From positions 1 to 64,000 of the forward strand of contig CAVSQW010000011.1 of NCBI GenBank assembly GCA_963730185.1: a stretch of DNA of 64,000 nucleotides. Reading direction: 5' to 3'. Below the pieces are notes generated by a model. The model had not been told where the DNA came from. It did no database searches and was given only the letters and a program-made list of their open reading frames with translations. Below are positions 1 through 9,968 of this stretch, piece after piece. Each line of letters opens with the position of its first letter. Positions within the stretch are counted from its first letter, which is position 1. The stretch comes from an uncultured Gemmatimonadales bacterium (GTDB lineage Bacteria > Gemmatimonadota > Gemmatimonadetes > Gemmatimonadales > GWC2-71-9). Both the position numbers and the translations under genes were made by a program.

Positions 1-997
1 TGTTGGCCGCCGCCAAGACAGCCACCGGGTCTCGCCCAATCAGACGAGCCGCACCAACGTCGACAACCTCCGGACGCTCCGTTGCATCGCGGAGCACCAG
101 CACCGGCTTGTCGAGCGAGGGAGCTTCCTCTTGCACGCCGCCGGAATCCGTGATGATGAAATACGAGGCCTTCATGGCCGCCACAAATTCGCGATACCCC
201 AGGGGCTCGGTGAGCTGAACCCGGTCTCGACCGCCAAGACGCTCGTAAACGGTCCGTCGAACCTTCGGATTAGGATGAACTGGAACGAGTAGCTCAACGC
301 CCGGATGCCGGTCCACGAACTGCCCCAGCGCCACACAGATGGAATCGAGTGGACCGCCAAAGTTCTCCCGGCGGTGAAGGGTTACGAGAATCAGCTTGCA
401 CTCTCCGCGCATGCCGCGCATCACCACGTCAGGCAGGCCATCGGGCAAGGTGTCGGAGCCCGCGACGAACAGCAATGCGTCTATAACGGTGTTGCCCGTG
501 ACGTGAATCAGGCTGGAAGCAACGCCCTCGTTGAGGAGGTTCTGGCGATTGGCAGATGTCGGGGCAAAATGAATATCTGCCAGCTGAGAGACAATTCGTC
601 GATTGGCTTCCTCTGGAAATGGATGCCGTAAATTATGCGATCGGAGCCCCGCCTCGACGTGGGCAACTCGGCAATTGGTGTAGTGGGCAGCGAGAGCCCC
701 CGCCATCGCGGTCGTCGTATCGCCCTGCACGATGACCATGTCCGGCCGTTCCCTGTCGAACAGCGTTCCAAGGGACTGCAATGCCCGCGCAGCGAAGTCG
801 GAGAGCGCCTGGCCGTGCTGCATCAGATCGAGATCGAAATCGGGGCGAATCCCGAAAATCGTCATGACTTGATCCAGCATGTCCCGATGCTGGGCTGTAA
901 CGACTACGCTGGTAGCAATCGATGGCTCGGCGGCAAGCGCCGCCACCACCGGAGCCAGCTTTACGGCATCCGGGCGGGTCCCGAGAATGGTCATCAC
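1..997 (-). CDS. wecB: UDP-N-acetylglucosamine 2-epimerase (non-hydrolysing); runs off the left edge and is absent from the ORF track
   Basis: Manual reverse-strand translation gives VMTILGTRPDAVK...VQGDTTTA...HVEAGLRS...PFPEEANR...VTGNTVIDAL...VTLHRREN...TDSGGVQEEAPSLDKPVLVLRDATERPE. Start is GTG997/ATG994, or an in-frame CTG at 1018 after a GGAGG. Confidence 0.95.
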   Translation of the reverse strand, partial: MMTILGTRPDAVKLAPVVAALAAEPSIATSVVVTAQHRDMLDQVMTIFGIRPDFDLDLMQHGQALSDFAARALQSLGTLFDRERPDMVIVQGDTTTAMAGALAAHYTNCRVAHVEAGLRSHNLRHPFPEEANRRIVSQLADIHFAPTSANRQNLLNEGVASSLIHVTGNTVIDALLFVAGSDTLPDGLPDVVMRGMRGECKLILVTLHRRENFGGPLDSICVALGQFVDRHPGVELLVPVHPNPKVRRTVYERLGGRDRVQLTEPLGYREFVAAMKASYFIITDSGGVQEEAPSLDKPVLVLRDATERPEVVDVGAARLIGRDPVAVLAAAN

Positions 998-1060
998 CCG
1001 CTTCTGTTCCGAGGACAGAACACCCTCCCTCCGCTAGAGCCCAACCTGCCTGGGTTGCCG

Positions 1061-2167
1061 CTACGCCACCGCGAGATCGTACACCCGGGTATAGGCCTCG
1101 CACCAAGCCTCCACACTGGGCCGAGATCCGAGTCGGGCGTGCGCGCCCAGTGCCCGGCGTCCTGCTGCAACCGGGTCCCGCCAGACGGCGTCAATGGCCT
1201 GGGCCAACGCCGCGGGGGCGTCAGGTGGTATCAGCAGCGCTTCGCTGTCACCCACCACGTCTGGGACGCCACCGACCGCCGTTGCCACGACCGGCACCCC
1301 CGCCGCCATCGCCTCCAGTAGGGCGATAGGCGTCCCTTCGGTCCGAGAACTCAGGACGAACAGGTCGAAGGCCTTCAGCAACCGCGCCACGTCCGCGATG
1401 GCCCCAGGCATGAGCACCCGTTGAGCGAGGCCAGCTTGGTCAAGGGACGCCCGTACGTCTTGCCATTGCGGTCCGTCGCCCGCCAACACCGCCATCCAAT
1501 CACGGTCGGGCAGGGCCCGAAGAGCGCCGGCGAGAACATCGGGACCCTTCTCAGGCACAAACCGGCCAACCCAGCCGAGGGCAAATCCGTCGGCCGGAAG
1601 ACCGAGGAGCTGCCGGGCCTCTTCGCGAGCCACCGGGGCGGCCGATGCCTGCCAGGCATTGGTGATAACGGCTAGCCTTTGGGACGGCACGCCGCGAGCC
1701 CTCAGGCTTTGAGCAATCGGGCCGGACACCGCTACGACGCCGTCATAGCGCCGGAGGGCGGCGATCATGAGCCGCTCATAGCCTCGGTGCCGAACGGTTC
1801 CGCCGGTCAGCCCGTGAACGGTGGACACCATCCGGGCTCCAGCACGCTTGGCCACACCACCATCGGTAACGACCACACGCGGCCCATGGGCATGAACGAT
1901 CGTGGGCCTCAGCTCCCGACAAAGGCGACCGACTGCCCGTCGCTCCGCGAGGTAAGCGCGCCGCCCGATCCCGATGCCACGGACATCGATGCCGTCGGCG
2001 GTTAGGGCGCGGACAAAGGCGTGCTCGCTGCTCGCTCCCGGCTCAACGATTGCCGCGACCGCGACCGTCAAGCCCCGGTCACGCTGGGCGCACGCCAACG
2101 TCCTCAGCATCGACTCCGCCCCGCCATACGGCGCAGGGGCGACCAAGTGGAGGACATTCTTCACCAC
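1061..2167 (-). CDS. Glycosyltransferase family 4
   Basis: GGAE, VGRFVPEKG and SRTEGTPIALLEAMAAGVPVVATAVGG motifs. Start trimmed to GTG2167. Confidence 0.9.
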   Translation of the reverse strand: MVKNVLHLVAPAPYGGAESMLRTLACAQRDRGLTVAVAAIVEPGASSEHAFVRALTADGIDVRGIGIGRRAYLAERRAVGRLCRELRPTIVHAHGPRVVVTDGGVAKRAGARMVSTVHGLTGGTVRHRGYERLMIAALRRYDGVVAVSGPIAQSLRARGVPSQRLAVITNAWQASAAPVAREEARQLLGLPADGFALGWVGRFVPEKGPDVLAGALRALPDRDWMAVLAGDGPQWQDVRASLDQAGLAQRVLMPGAIADVARLLKAFDLFVLSSRTEGTPIALLEAMAAGVPVVATAVGGVPDVVGDSEALLIPPDAPAALAQAIDAVWRDPVAAGRRALGAHARLGSRPSVEAWCEAYTRVYDLAVA

Positions 2168-2184
2168 GTCCGAACCGCCGGTCG

Positions 2185-3462
2185 CTACGCAGCCGACCGA
2201 GATGAGCGCCGAATGACCACCGATTCGAGCGCCTTTCCAAGCCGATCGGCATCCCGGGCCCAGTTGTACGTCTCCTGCACCGCCATCCGTCCCGCATGGG
2301 CGCAACCGAGTCGATACTCCTCGTCCAGGAACTCCTCGATCGCACGCGTCATGCTCTCCGAATCGCCACTGACTGCCACGGCGCCGCAGGCGCATTCAGT
2401 CGCAATGCGGGCGAGCGGTCTCGCGTCCGACACCACAACCGCCAGTCCAGCAGCCATGTAGTCGAACACCTTGTTCGGTACGGTCGTATTGCTGTGCTCG
2501 GTCGCCAGATGCGGCACGACCCCCACATGGGACTGACCAAGCATCCCGATGGCCTCGGCGTGCGGCAACCGTCCCGTGAATCGGAGCTGGTCGGGCGAGA
2601 GCGCAAGCGCTTCCGCCTGTCGCTCGAGCATCGGCTTCTCGAGGCCGTCGCCCACCACGGTGAGACGGACCGAATGCCCCCGCTGTCGGCAGGCCGCGAT
2701 CGCGTTCAACACCACTCCAACTCCACGGGTCGCCGAATCCAGCTGACCCACGTAGATCAATCGAGCGTGCGCACCGGTCGGTCGGGGAGTCGGCCTCCGC
2801 AGCATGGGGTTGGCTGGGGTGTTCGAAACCACCGTGATACGGTCCTCAGCCACCCCCAGGTCGATCAGCCGGCGACGTGACTCCTCCACCACGACCAGGA
2901 TGTGATCTGCCCGCTTCACCACCCACTTCTCTACCATTCGGGCCATTCGCGGATTTCGGACCAGGCCATCGAATGCCCGCGGCCGTCCATGCACCCAGAG
3001 GTCCGCGATCATCGCCGGATAGTTCTCCGCCATGTCGAACACGACCGGAATGCGTCGAGCGCGCGCCACGAGAACCGCCGAGGGCGCCAAGGGAAGGTCG
3101 CGACAAAGGACCACGTCCGTTTGCGTCTGCCGAACGGTTCGGTCGATCAACGCAATCCAGCGCGGGTTGAAGAACGCCGGGAACTGGCTCGCGGCATTGA
3201 GCCTGGACCCCATGATCGTCCACCAGGGCAGTCGGTGGACCATACCCTCCGGCAGAGACTCGACCGCCTGGCGTGCGTGGCGGTTTCGAGCAAGAATGTG
3301 AACTTGATGACCTAGTGCCATCAAAGCGGACGAGACCTTCTCGACCCGAATGTCCCAGGGATACTCGGCGTCCCAGATGTGGCTGACGATCACGGGCGGC
3401 CTTCCCGGCCGAAGTAAGTCGATCGATGGAGACGGAAACCCGATTTGGCGGCCGAGCTTCAT
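2185..3462 (-). CDS. Glycosyltransferase family 4
   Basis: DIRVEK, LIYVGQL and PNKVFDYMAAGLAVVVSD motifs. Alternative start GTG3393. Confidence 0.88.
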   Translation of the reverse strand: MKLGRQIGFPSPSIDLLRPGRPPVIVSHIWDAEYPWDIRVEKVSSALMALGHQVHILARNRHARQAVESLPEGMVHRLPWWTIMGSRLNAASQFPAFFNPRWIALIDRTVRQTQTDVVLCRDLPLAPSAVLVARARRIPVVFDMAENYPAMIADLWVHGRPRAFDGLVRNPRMARMVEKWVVKRADHILVVVEESRRRLIDLGVAEDRITVVSNTPANPMLRRPTPRPTGAHARLIYVGQLDSATRGVGVVLNAIAACRQRGHSVRLTVVGDGLEKPMLERQAEALALSPDQLRFTGRLPHAEAIGMLGQSHVGVVPHLATEHSNTTVPNKVFDYMAAGLAVVVSDARPLARIATECACGAVAVSGDSESMTRAIEEFLDEEYRLGCAHAGRMAVQETYNWARDADRLGKALESVVIRRSSRSAA

Positions 3463-3600
3463 TTATCCGAATGCAGCAACGACACTAAGCTGCCCTGCGG
3501 AACAGCGGTAGTCCGAGACTGCGCTGGCCCGCAGGGACACGCCCCCAGCTTCGAGGTCGGAATCTCGCGACCGCCACGACAGGGTCGGATTGTGCTTGAG

Positions 3601-3615
3601 GCAAGGACCATGCCA
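3601..3615 (-). promoter_or_regulatory. Sigma-54 -24/-12 promoter upstream of the GT4-GT4-wecB operon
   Basis: Minus strand TGGCATGGTCCTTGC, close to the consensus TGGCAC-N5-TTGC. Confidence 0.7.
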
Positions 3616-3785
3616 ACGGCTGCCTCCGGGCGGATGTCCCGAGGCTAGCGCAAGATAGATCATGGCCGGTGTGCTTATCCGGACGCCCTCGCGGCCGCCC
3701 CGACGCGTTCGCAGCGCACGAGAGATCCGTTGGCCTCGTCTAACTCAAACGAATCCCGCTGTATGGAAAGCAAACCGCCATCCTC

Positions 3786-4510
3786 CTACCACCCCCAGCC
3801 GGGATCGGAACGCCACACGCTGATTGCTCCCCAGCTGAGGGACTGCGGATGGACCGGTCCTTGGTTCATGTTCCGCCCAAGGCCAATCCCCGTAATGCCC
3901 GTCCGGTTGATGAGGACGTTGGTGAAGGCTTTGTCCACCTGACCGTCCAACCCGAAGATCGCGATCCCAGCCGGCCCCACCTTCAGGTGGAACCGCCACT
4001 CGTGCCACTTGCCATCGAAGAACTGGCTCGCCTTCGGGGGCATGCCATACTCCCACGCTTGATCGTTGTCTGGATACCCCCAAGTGTTGGAGACCCCATT
4101 CATCCCGACGATCAAATTGAACCGCCCGGCACTGGGGAACACCCGCCCGAACACAAACTTGTAGCCTGACGAGGAGATCCCCTGGCAGGCGTTGTTCGGC
4201 ACCACGGTTGTGAAGGTGGCGTCGAACTTGGCCCAGAGTGAAATCCACACCTCAGTAACCGCCTGGGGGAAGGCCACGTTCCGCCCAATGGTGTAGTCGT
4301 GACAGAGCTTAGGGTCATTGGTGCGGTCCGGGAAGTCATACCGCATGGACTGACCACCCACCGGGGCGCCCTTTGGATCGAGCTGAATCCGGCCCACGTT
4401 CACGTCCTCCGTCGCCCCTGACCAAATCGGGCTGGGATAACGAAGGAGGTCCGCCGTGGTGTTGTACTCATGAAAATCCTCGACGAGCCACGGTACGGGG
4501 CTCGACCGCC
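3786..4510 (-). pseudogene. Out-of-frame C-terminal domain (~235 aa; possibly beta-sandwich, lectin- or lyase-like) of the Ig-repeat lipoprotein
   Basis: Protein-like frame PWLVEDFHEY...MRYDFP...DGKWHEWRFHLK...WRSDPGWGW* begins right where Ig repeat 12 ends. Adding 1 nt at ~4507 fuses the two frames. Confidence 0.7.
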
Positions 4511-7500
4511 CGACTGCACCGTGACGCCCGCTGTATCCGCCATCCCCCCACCGGACGCCACCACCAAGTAGTTCCCGGTCGCGCTCGGCGCCGTGTACCT
4601 CCCGCTGGACGCGATCGACCCGCCGGAAGCCGAGTACGTCACCGACGAGGCCGTCGTCGTCGATCCGTCGCTCCACCGGGCCGAGGTCGTAAACTGCTGG
4701 GTGGCGCCCGGTGTCAGGGTGGCCGACCCAGGGGTGAGCTGGAGCGCCACCAGGGTCACCGGCGGCGTGGTCGATTGGGTGACGGTCACCGCCGAGGTGT
4801 CCGCCTTGCCGCAGGTGCAGGCGGCAATGACCCGGAAGACGTTCGTGATCTGCCCCGCCGTGTAGAGTCCGCTCACGCTGATGGTGCCTCCCGTTGCCGC
4901 GTAGGACACGGCCACCGGCCGATTCACCCCGTCCGACCAATTCGCCGACACCGCGAACTGCTGCTTGGCCCCAGTCGCGACGGTGGCGCTGGCCGGGGTC
5001 AGATTGATCTTGGTAACATAGGGGGCCCCGATCGTGACCGTAACGGTGTCGGCAACCGGACCGTTGATCCAGGTCGCGATGACCTTCCAGACCCCAGCCA
5101 CCGAGCCGGCCAGGTACACCCCGCTCGACGAGATGGTGCCGCCGCCGGTGGTGCTCCAGGTCACGGTGGGCCCATCGGTCGAGCCGTCGCTCCAGGTTCC
5201 GGTGACGCCGAAGGTCTGGCTGGTGCCGGTCTGGACCGTGACGTTGCCCGGCTGAATGGCCAGACTGGCAAGCGTCGGGGCCGACGACGAGACGGTGACG
5301 ACCGAGGTGTCGGCCAGGCTCCCGCCCTGCTGGGTCGCCACCACCCGGTAGCTGCCCGGGTTGGCGCCCGCGGTGTAGAGGCCCGTCTGGGTGATGTTCC
5401 CGCCGGTGGCCGTCCAGGTCACCGCCGGGGCGCCGGTGCCCCCGTTGGTCCAGATCCCGGCCACCGCGAACTGCTGGCTGCCGTTGGTCTGCAGGCTGGC
5501 CGTGGCCGGGGTGACGGCGATCCCGGTCAGGACCGGCGGCGCCGAGGTGACCGTGACGGACACCGTGTCGGCCAGCGAGCCGCCCTGCTGAACGGCCACC
5601 ACCCGATAGGTGCCGGGCGTGGCGCCGGCGGTGTAGTGCCCGCTGGAGCTGATGATGCCGCCGGTGGCCGAGAAATACACCGGGGGGGCCCCCGACCCGC
5701 CCGAGGTCCAGATGCCCTGGACCGAGTAGTTCTGACTCCCCCCGGCCTGGACCGTGGCTCCATCGGGCAGGAGCTGGAGGCCGACCAGCTGGGGAGCCTT
5801 CGGCTGAACCGTCACCACCGCCGTGTCCGCCGTGCCGCTGGTGGGCTCCCGGGCAATCACGAGGAACTGGCCGGGGGTCGATCCCGCGGTGTAGAGACCC
5901 GCGGCGCTCACGGCCCCACCGGTGGTGGACCAGGTGACCTGGGGCACCCCGGTCCCGCCGTTGGTCCAGACGCCGCTGACGAAGAACTGCTGCTGATCGT
6001 TGACCGCCAGGGCGACGCTCGCCGGACTGATCACCACCGCCTGCAGCATCGGCGCCGGCGAGGTGACGGTGATGAAGCTGGTATCGGCGACGGTCGCCGC
6101 CTGGTCCCGAACGATCAGCCGGTAGGTCCCGGGCGCGGAGCCCGCGGTGAAGGCACCGCCGGCGGTGATGGTGCCGCCCGAGGGCGTCCAGGCCAGGGTC
6201 GGCAGCGCGGCGCTCCCGTCGGTCCAGGAGGCCGTGACCGAAAAGGCTTGGGTCTGACCCGCTTCCACGGACACCACGCTCGGGGTGAGCACCAGCGATT
6301 CGAGCTGCGGGGCCGCCACGGTGACCACCGAGGTATCGGCCAGCGTGCCCCCCCGCTGCTTGCCGATGACCCGATAGGTCCCGGGCACGGTGCCCGCGAC
6401 GTATTCGCCCTGGGCCGAGATCGTGCCACCGGTCGCGGTCCAGTCCACCGTCGGCGTGGCCGAGCTGCCGTCGCTCCAGGAGCCGGAGGCCGTGAACTGA
6501 TAGGTCCCGCCCCCGGGCACCGTCACCGCCGAGGGGTTCACGACCAGCTGAGTGAGGGTCGCGGTGGGGACCGAGATCACCACCACCGCCGTGTCGGCCA
6601 GAACACCGCCCGACTCGGTGGCGATGACGCTGAAGGCACCCGCCGTGCTGCCGGCCACGTACTGGCCCGAGCCGGTGATGGTCCCGCCGGAGGCCTGCCA
6701 GTTGACGGTGACCTTCTGCGCGGACCCGTCGGCCAGGAGGCCGCTGGCGGAGAACCGCTGGCTCGAGCCGGGCGAGAGGGCGATCGTGCTGGGGGCGATC
6801 CGAATCGAGACCAGATCGGGAGCGAGGACCCAGACCCTGGCGTTGGCGGTCCGGTTGCCCCCCCGCTCCTTGGCCAGCACCAGATAGTCGCCGATGGGGG
6901 CGGCGGCCGTGAAGGTGCCGGTGGAATCGATGATGCCCCCGGTGGTGCTGAAATCGACCTGGGGCGTGGCCGACGACCCATCGCTCCAGCTGGCGCTCAC
7001 CAGGTACTGGCGCGAGCCGCCCTGCAAGAGCGAATCGGTCGCCGGCTCCAGGGCCATCGAGGTGAGGACCGGCACGTCACCGACCGTCACCGTCGCGGTG
7101 TCCACCAGCCCGTTCCCGACCACGGCCAGAACCAGGTAGTCGCCCGCCACCCCGGGCGCGCTGTACTCGCCGGCCGACGAAATGGTGCCGCCGGACGCGC
7201 TCCAGAAGATCGGGGCCGGCGCCGGGGTACCGTCCTGAAAGTAGGCCACCGCCGCGAACTGGCGGGTCTGTCCGATCCTGATCGAGAGCGTCTTGGGCGA
7301 GACCACGACCCGGGTGATCGGGTTGTCCGGGCCGACCACCAGGACGTTGGCCGAGTCGGCGATGTTGGCCTGGGTGACCGAGCGGGCCACGATCCAGTAC
7401 GACCCGGGGATGGTGGCCTCGAAGCGGCCGGGCGCGTCCACCGACCCGCCCGAAGCGGTCCAGTTCACGCCGACCCCGACACTGTCGCCCTTGGCGGTCC

Positions 7501-7720
7501 GGCCGAACGCGGCCAGGTCCAAGGCCTCACCGGGCATCAGAGTGCCGACCCGAGGGACCACCACTACCGCCGCGATCGTGTTGTCGACCGGCGTGGGATC
7601 AGGCGGACCCAAATAATCCCGTTTCTGGCCCTGGCTGCACGAGGCGAGGAGAACGAGAATCAGAGCCCCGGCCCCATGGGCCCGGCTCAGGTGGCGAGAG
7701 AGGTTGGACTGACGGATCAT
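4400..7720 (-). CDS. Large surface lipoprotein with 12 tandem bacterial Ig-like (BIG2-type) repeats; frameshift near 4507, probable true end 3786
   Basis: Lipobox LLASC. About 85-aa repeats of the form LxxLxxxP...Q.F...G.W.DG...V.W.ATGG.I...G.Y.AG...G.Y.V.A...ADT..VTV, counted 12 times. Confidence 0.88.
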   Translation of the reverse strand: MIRQSNLSRHLSRAHGAGALILVLLASCSQGQKRDYLGPPDPTPVDNTIAAVVVVPRVGTLMPGEALDLAAFGRTAKGDSVGVGVNWTASGGSVDAPGRFEATIPGSYWIVARSVTQANIADSANVLVVGPDNPITRVVVSPKTLSIRIGQTRQFAAVAYFQDGTPAPAPIFWSASGGTISSAGEYSAPGVAGDYLVLAVVGNGLVDTATVTVGDVPVLTSMALEPATDSLLQGGSRQYLVSASWSDGSSATPQVDFSTTGGIIDSTGTFTAAAPIGDYLVLAKERGGNRTANARVWVLAPDLVSIRIAPSTIALSPGSSQRFSASGLLADGSAQKVTVNWQASGGTITGSGQYVAGSTAGAFSVIATESGGVLADTAVVVISVPTATLTQLVVNPSAVTVPGGGTYQFTASGSWSDGSSATPTVDWTATGGTISAQGEYVAGTVPGTYRVIGKQRGGTLADTSVVTVAAPQLESLVLTPSVVSVEAGQTQAFSVTASWTDGSAALPTLAWTPSGGTITAGGAFTAGSAPGTYRLIVRDQAATVADTSFITVTSPAPMLQAVVISPASVALAVNDQQQFFVSGVWTNGGTGVPQVTWSTTGGAVSAAGLYTAGSTPGQFLVIAREPTSGTADTAVVTVQPKAPQLVGLQLLPDGATVQAGGSQNYSVQGIWTSGGSGAPPVYFSATGGIISSSGHYTAGATPGTYRVVAVQQGGSLADTVSVTVTSAPPVLTGIAVTPATASLQTNGSQQFAVAGIWTNGGTGAPAVTWTATGGNITQTGLYTAGANPGSYRVVATQQGGSLADTSVVTVSSSAPTLASLAIQPGNVTVQTGTSQTFGVTGTWSDGSTDGPTVTWSTTGGGTISSSGVYLAGSVAGVWKVIATWINGPVADTVTVTIGAPYVTKINLTPASATVATGAKQQFAVSANWSDGVNRPVAVSYAATGGTISVSGLYTAGQITNVFRVIAACTCGKADTSAVTVTQSTTPPVTLVALQLTPGSATLTPGATQQFTTSARWSDGSTTTASSVTYSASGGSIASSGRYTAPSATGNYLVVASGGGMADTAGVTVQSGGRAPYRGSSRIFMSTTPRRTSFVIPARFGQGRRRT

Positions 7721-7814
7721 GAGAGCCGGGCCGCTGTGTGGCACAGGTGCGCTTCTGGCCGAGGGCGGCCATTTCACTTCCGGACAGGTACGAGCAAAGA
7801 GGGTGCTAGCTTGA

Positions 7815-7831
7815 TGTCGTGTAACTCGACA
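7815..7831. promoter_or_regulatory. Palindromic TGT-N11-ACA box (candidate enhancer-binding-protein site)
   Basis: TGTCG-TGTAACT-CGACA in a divergent intergenic region. Confidence 0.5.
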
Positions 7832-7918
7832 TAAGACGAATCAAGCCGCGAGGGCCACACAACCCGATACATTCAAATCGATTATGAGGAGGTTGGCGGC
7901 AATTGCATCCATTCGAAC

Positions 7919-7935
7919 TGTCCAAAATCTCGACA
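7919..7935. promoter_or_regulatory. Second TGT-N11-ACA box
   Basis: TGTCCAAAATCTCGACA. Its reverse complement matches 14481-14497 at 14 of 17 positions. Confidence 0.5.
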
Positions 7936-8138
7936 AAACGGTTTGGTGGACGAGATCGCGGATGGCGCCGGAATTGGCAGGAACTCCTTTTGCTCCAGCC
8001 GTTTACGGGGGCCCAACCGGTCGGATCGCGATGAAGCGAAGTTCAGCCTCGTGGCGAGGCTGCAGCAGCGGGGGTTTGCGAGATGCCCGGGCTCGCCTAG
8101 CCTTCGTGGGAACACAACTTGCGCGATCCAACGGGACC

Positions 8139-9161
8139 ATGCCCAATCCGACCAAAGCCGCCGAGGTCCCGTTGAAACGCCCACCCCGCCGCTGGCTCCG
8201 GTGGGTCCGGATCGTCGGCGGACTCGGGCTCTTGGCGGTGCTCCTCTCGCGGGCCGATTTCCACGACCTGACGGTTCGCTTCACCGGGGCCCTGGCCGTC
8301 GGTGGTGTGACGGCGATCGGCTGCCTGGCCCTGGCGCAGGGGTTGAGCGCGCTTCGGTGGCGGGTCCTGCTGGGCCCCGGTGCCGCCCCCTGGTCGTTCC
8401 TCTACCGGCTCTATCTCATCGCGGCGTTCTTCAGCCTGTTCCTGCCAACCGCCATCGGCGGCGACGCGATCCGGGCGGCCGCCGCCAGTCGGAGCCTGGG
8501 TCGGACCAGCCGAATGGTCGCGACCGTGCTGGCCGATCGGATGCTCGGGGTCTTCGCCCTGGCGGTGTTCGTGGTGATCGGATTGGTCGTGGCCGGCGGC
8601 GGCGCGAACCTGGGACTGGCGTGGCGCCCCCGCCCCTGGATGGCGTGGGCGGCCCTCGGCGCCCTCGGCGCCCTCGGCCTCGGGATCTATCTGGCGCGCC
8701 GCCGGCTGACCCGGCTCCTGGCCTTCGTGGGCGAAGGCCTGGCAACCTTTCGGGACCTGGCCCGGGATCCCGGGCGGCTGGCCCTGGCAATCCTCCTTGG
8801 ATTCGGGGTGCAGGGCGCCTATCTGCTGGCGTGGATCGCCCTGGCCCGGGCCTTGGCCCTGGGCGTCCCGACGGCTTCGTTCCTCCTCACGGTGCCCATC
8901 GTCAGTCTGAGCACGATGGCGCCGATCACCCTCTCGGGGGTGGGGGTGCGCGAGGGAGCCTGGATCCTGCTCCTCCGGCCCTACGGGATCGGCTCCGCCG
9001 ATGCGCTGGCCCTGAGCCTGACCTACTTTGCCTGCTGGATGCTGGTGGCGGCGATGGGAGGGGTGCTGTTCGCGGTCCGCGGGCTGGAACCAAGCCGGCC
9101 CGGCCCCGCGCGATCATCCGAAGGCGTGCCCGCCGGTCCCGGAGCTCGATCGGCGCCCTGA
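8139..9161 (+). CDS. Lysylphosphatidylglycerol-synthase-TM / flippase-like membrane protein
   Basis: ALRWRVLL, FFSLFLPTAIGGDAIR, DRMLG and PITLSGVGVREG motifs; multiple TM segments. Start trimmed to ATG8139. Confidence 0.88.
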   Translation: MPNPTKAAEVPLKRPPRRWLRWVRIVGGLGLLAVLLSRADFHDLTVRFTGALAVGGVTAIGCLALAQGLSALRWRVLLGPGAAPWSFLYRLYLIAAFFSLFLPTAIGGDAIRAAAASRSLGRTSRMVATVLADRMLGVFALAVFVVIGLVVAGGGANLGLAWRPRPWMAWAALGALGALGLGIYLARRRLTRLLAFVGEGLATFRDLARDPGRLALAILLGFGVQGAYLLAWIALARALALGVPTASFLLTVPIVSLSTMAPITLSGVGVREGAWILLLRPYGIGSADALALSLTYFACWMLVAAMGGVLFAVRGLEPSRPGPARSSEGVPAGPGARSAP

Positions 9162-9228
9162 ACCAGCCGTACGGCCCAAGCCGAACATTTTCGCGGAATC
9201 GTGGGGACCTCGCGCTAATCGGAGATCG

Positions 9229-9966
9229 ATGCGGGACGCTCTGGAACGGATCTATTGGAAGCTGGAAAAGATGTTGACCCCGGGGCTCCGGCACTCGCAG
9301 CAGATGTACGAGGCGGCCCTGAGTCCACGGGTCGCGCCCGGCGCGGACTGGCTCGACGTGGGCTGTGGCCACCAGGTGCTCCCGGAGTGGCGGGCCCAAC
9401 AAGAAATCGAGCTGGCCGCTCGATGCCGGCGGCTGGTGGGCCTCGACGGGGATGCTGCCTCGCTGGTGAAGCATCGGACCATCCGATGCCGGGTCGCGGG
9501 CGACATCTCGGCGCTGCCCTTCCCGAGCGGGAGCTTCGACCTGGTGACGGCGAACATGGTCGTCGAGCACCTGCGGGAGCCGGAACGACAGTTCGCGGAG
9601 ATCTCGCGGGTCCTGAGGCCGGGCGGGGTCTTTCTGTTCCTGACCCCCAGCGCGCGAACCTACTCGGTGCGGATGGCTCGGCTGGTTCCCCGAGCGGCCA
9701 AGCGCCGGGTGGTCCAGCTGCTCGAGGGGCGGGCCGACGAAGACGTCTACGACACCTTCTACCGTGCCAACACCGGGCCGCAGATCGAACGGCTGGCCCA
9801 GGCGACGGGCATGGCGGCGGAGGAGATCCGGATGGTCGCGACGTCGGCGGTCTTCTCGATCGTGCCGCCGCTGGCCTTCGTCGAGCTCCTGTACATTCGC
9901 TTTCTGCTCAGCGATGCCGGTCGAGCCCACCGCCAGGACATCATCGCCGTCCTGCGCAAGCGGTAG
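9229..9966 (+). CDS. Class I SAM-dependent methyltransferase
   Basis: WLDVGCG, LPFPSGSFDLV and EISRVLRPGG motifs; GGAG SD before ATG9229. Confidence 0.9.
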   Translation: MRDALERIYWKLEKMLTPGLRHSQQMYEAALSPRVAPGADWLDVGCGHQVLPEWRAQQEIELAARCRRLVGLDGDAASLVKHRTIRCRVAGDISALPFPSGSFDLVTANMVVEHLREPERQFAEISRVLRPGGVFLFLTPSARTYSVRMARLVPRAAKRRVVQLLEGRADEDVYDTFYRANTGPQIERLAQATGMAAEEIRMVATSAVFSIVPPLAFVELLYIRFLLSDAGRAHRQDIIAVLRKR

Positions 9967-9968
9967 AG

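Noticed and set aside
4373..7834. 1153-aa plus-strand ORF
   Set aside because: Antisense shadow of the Ig-repeat gene; Arg/Gly/His-rich with no motifs, typical of high-GC DNA.
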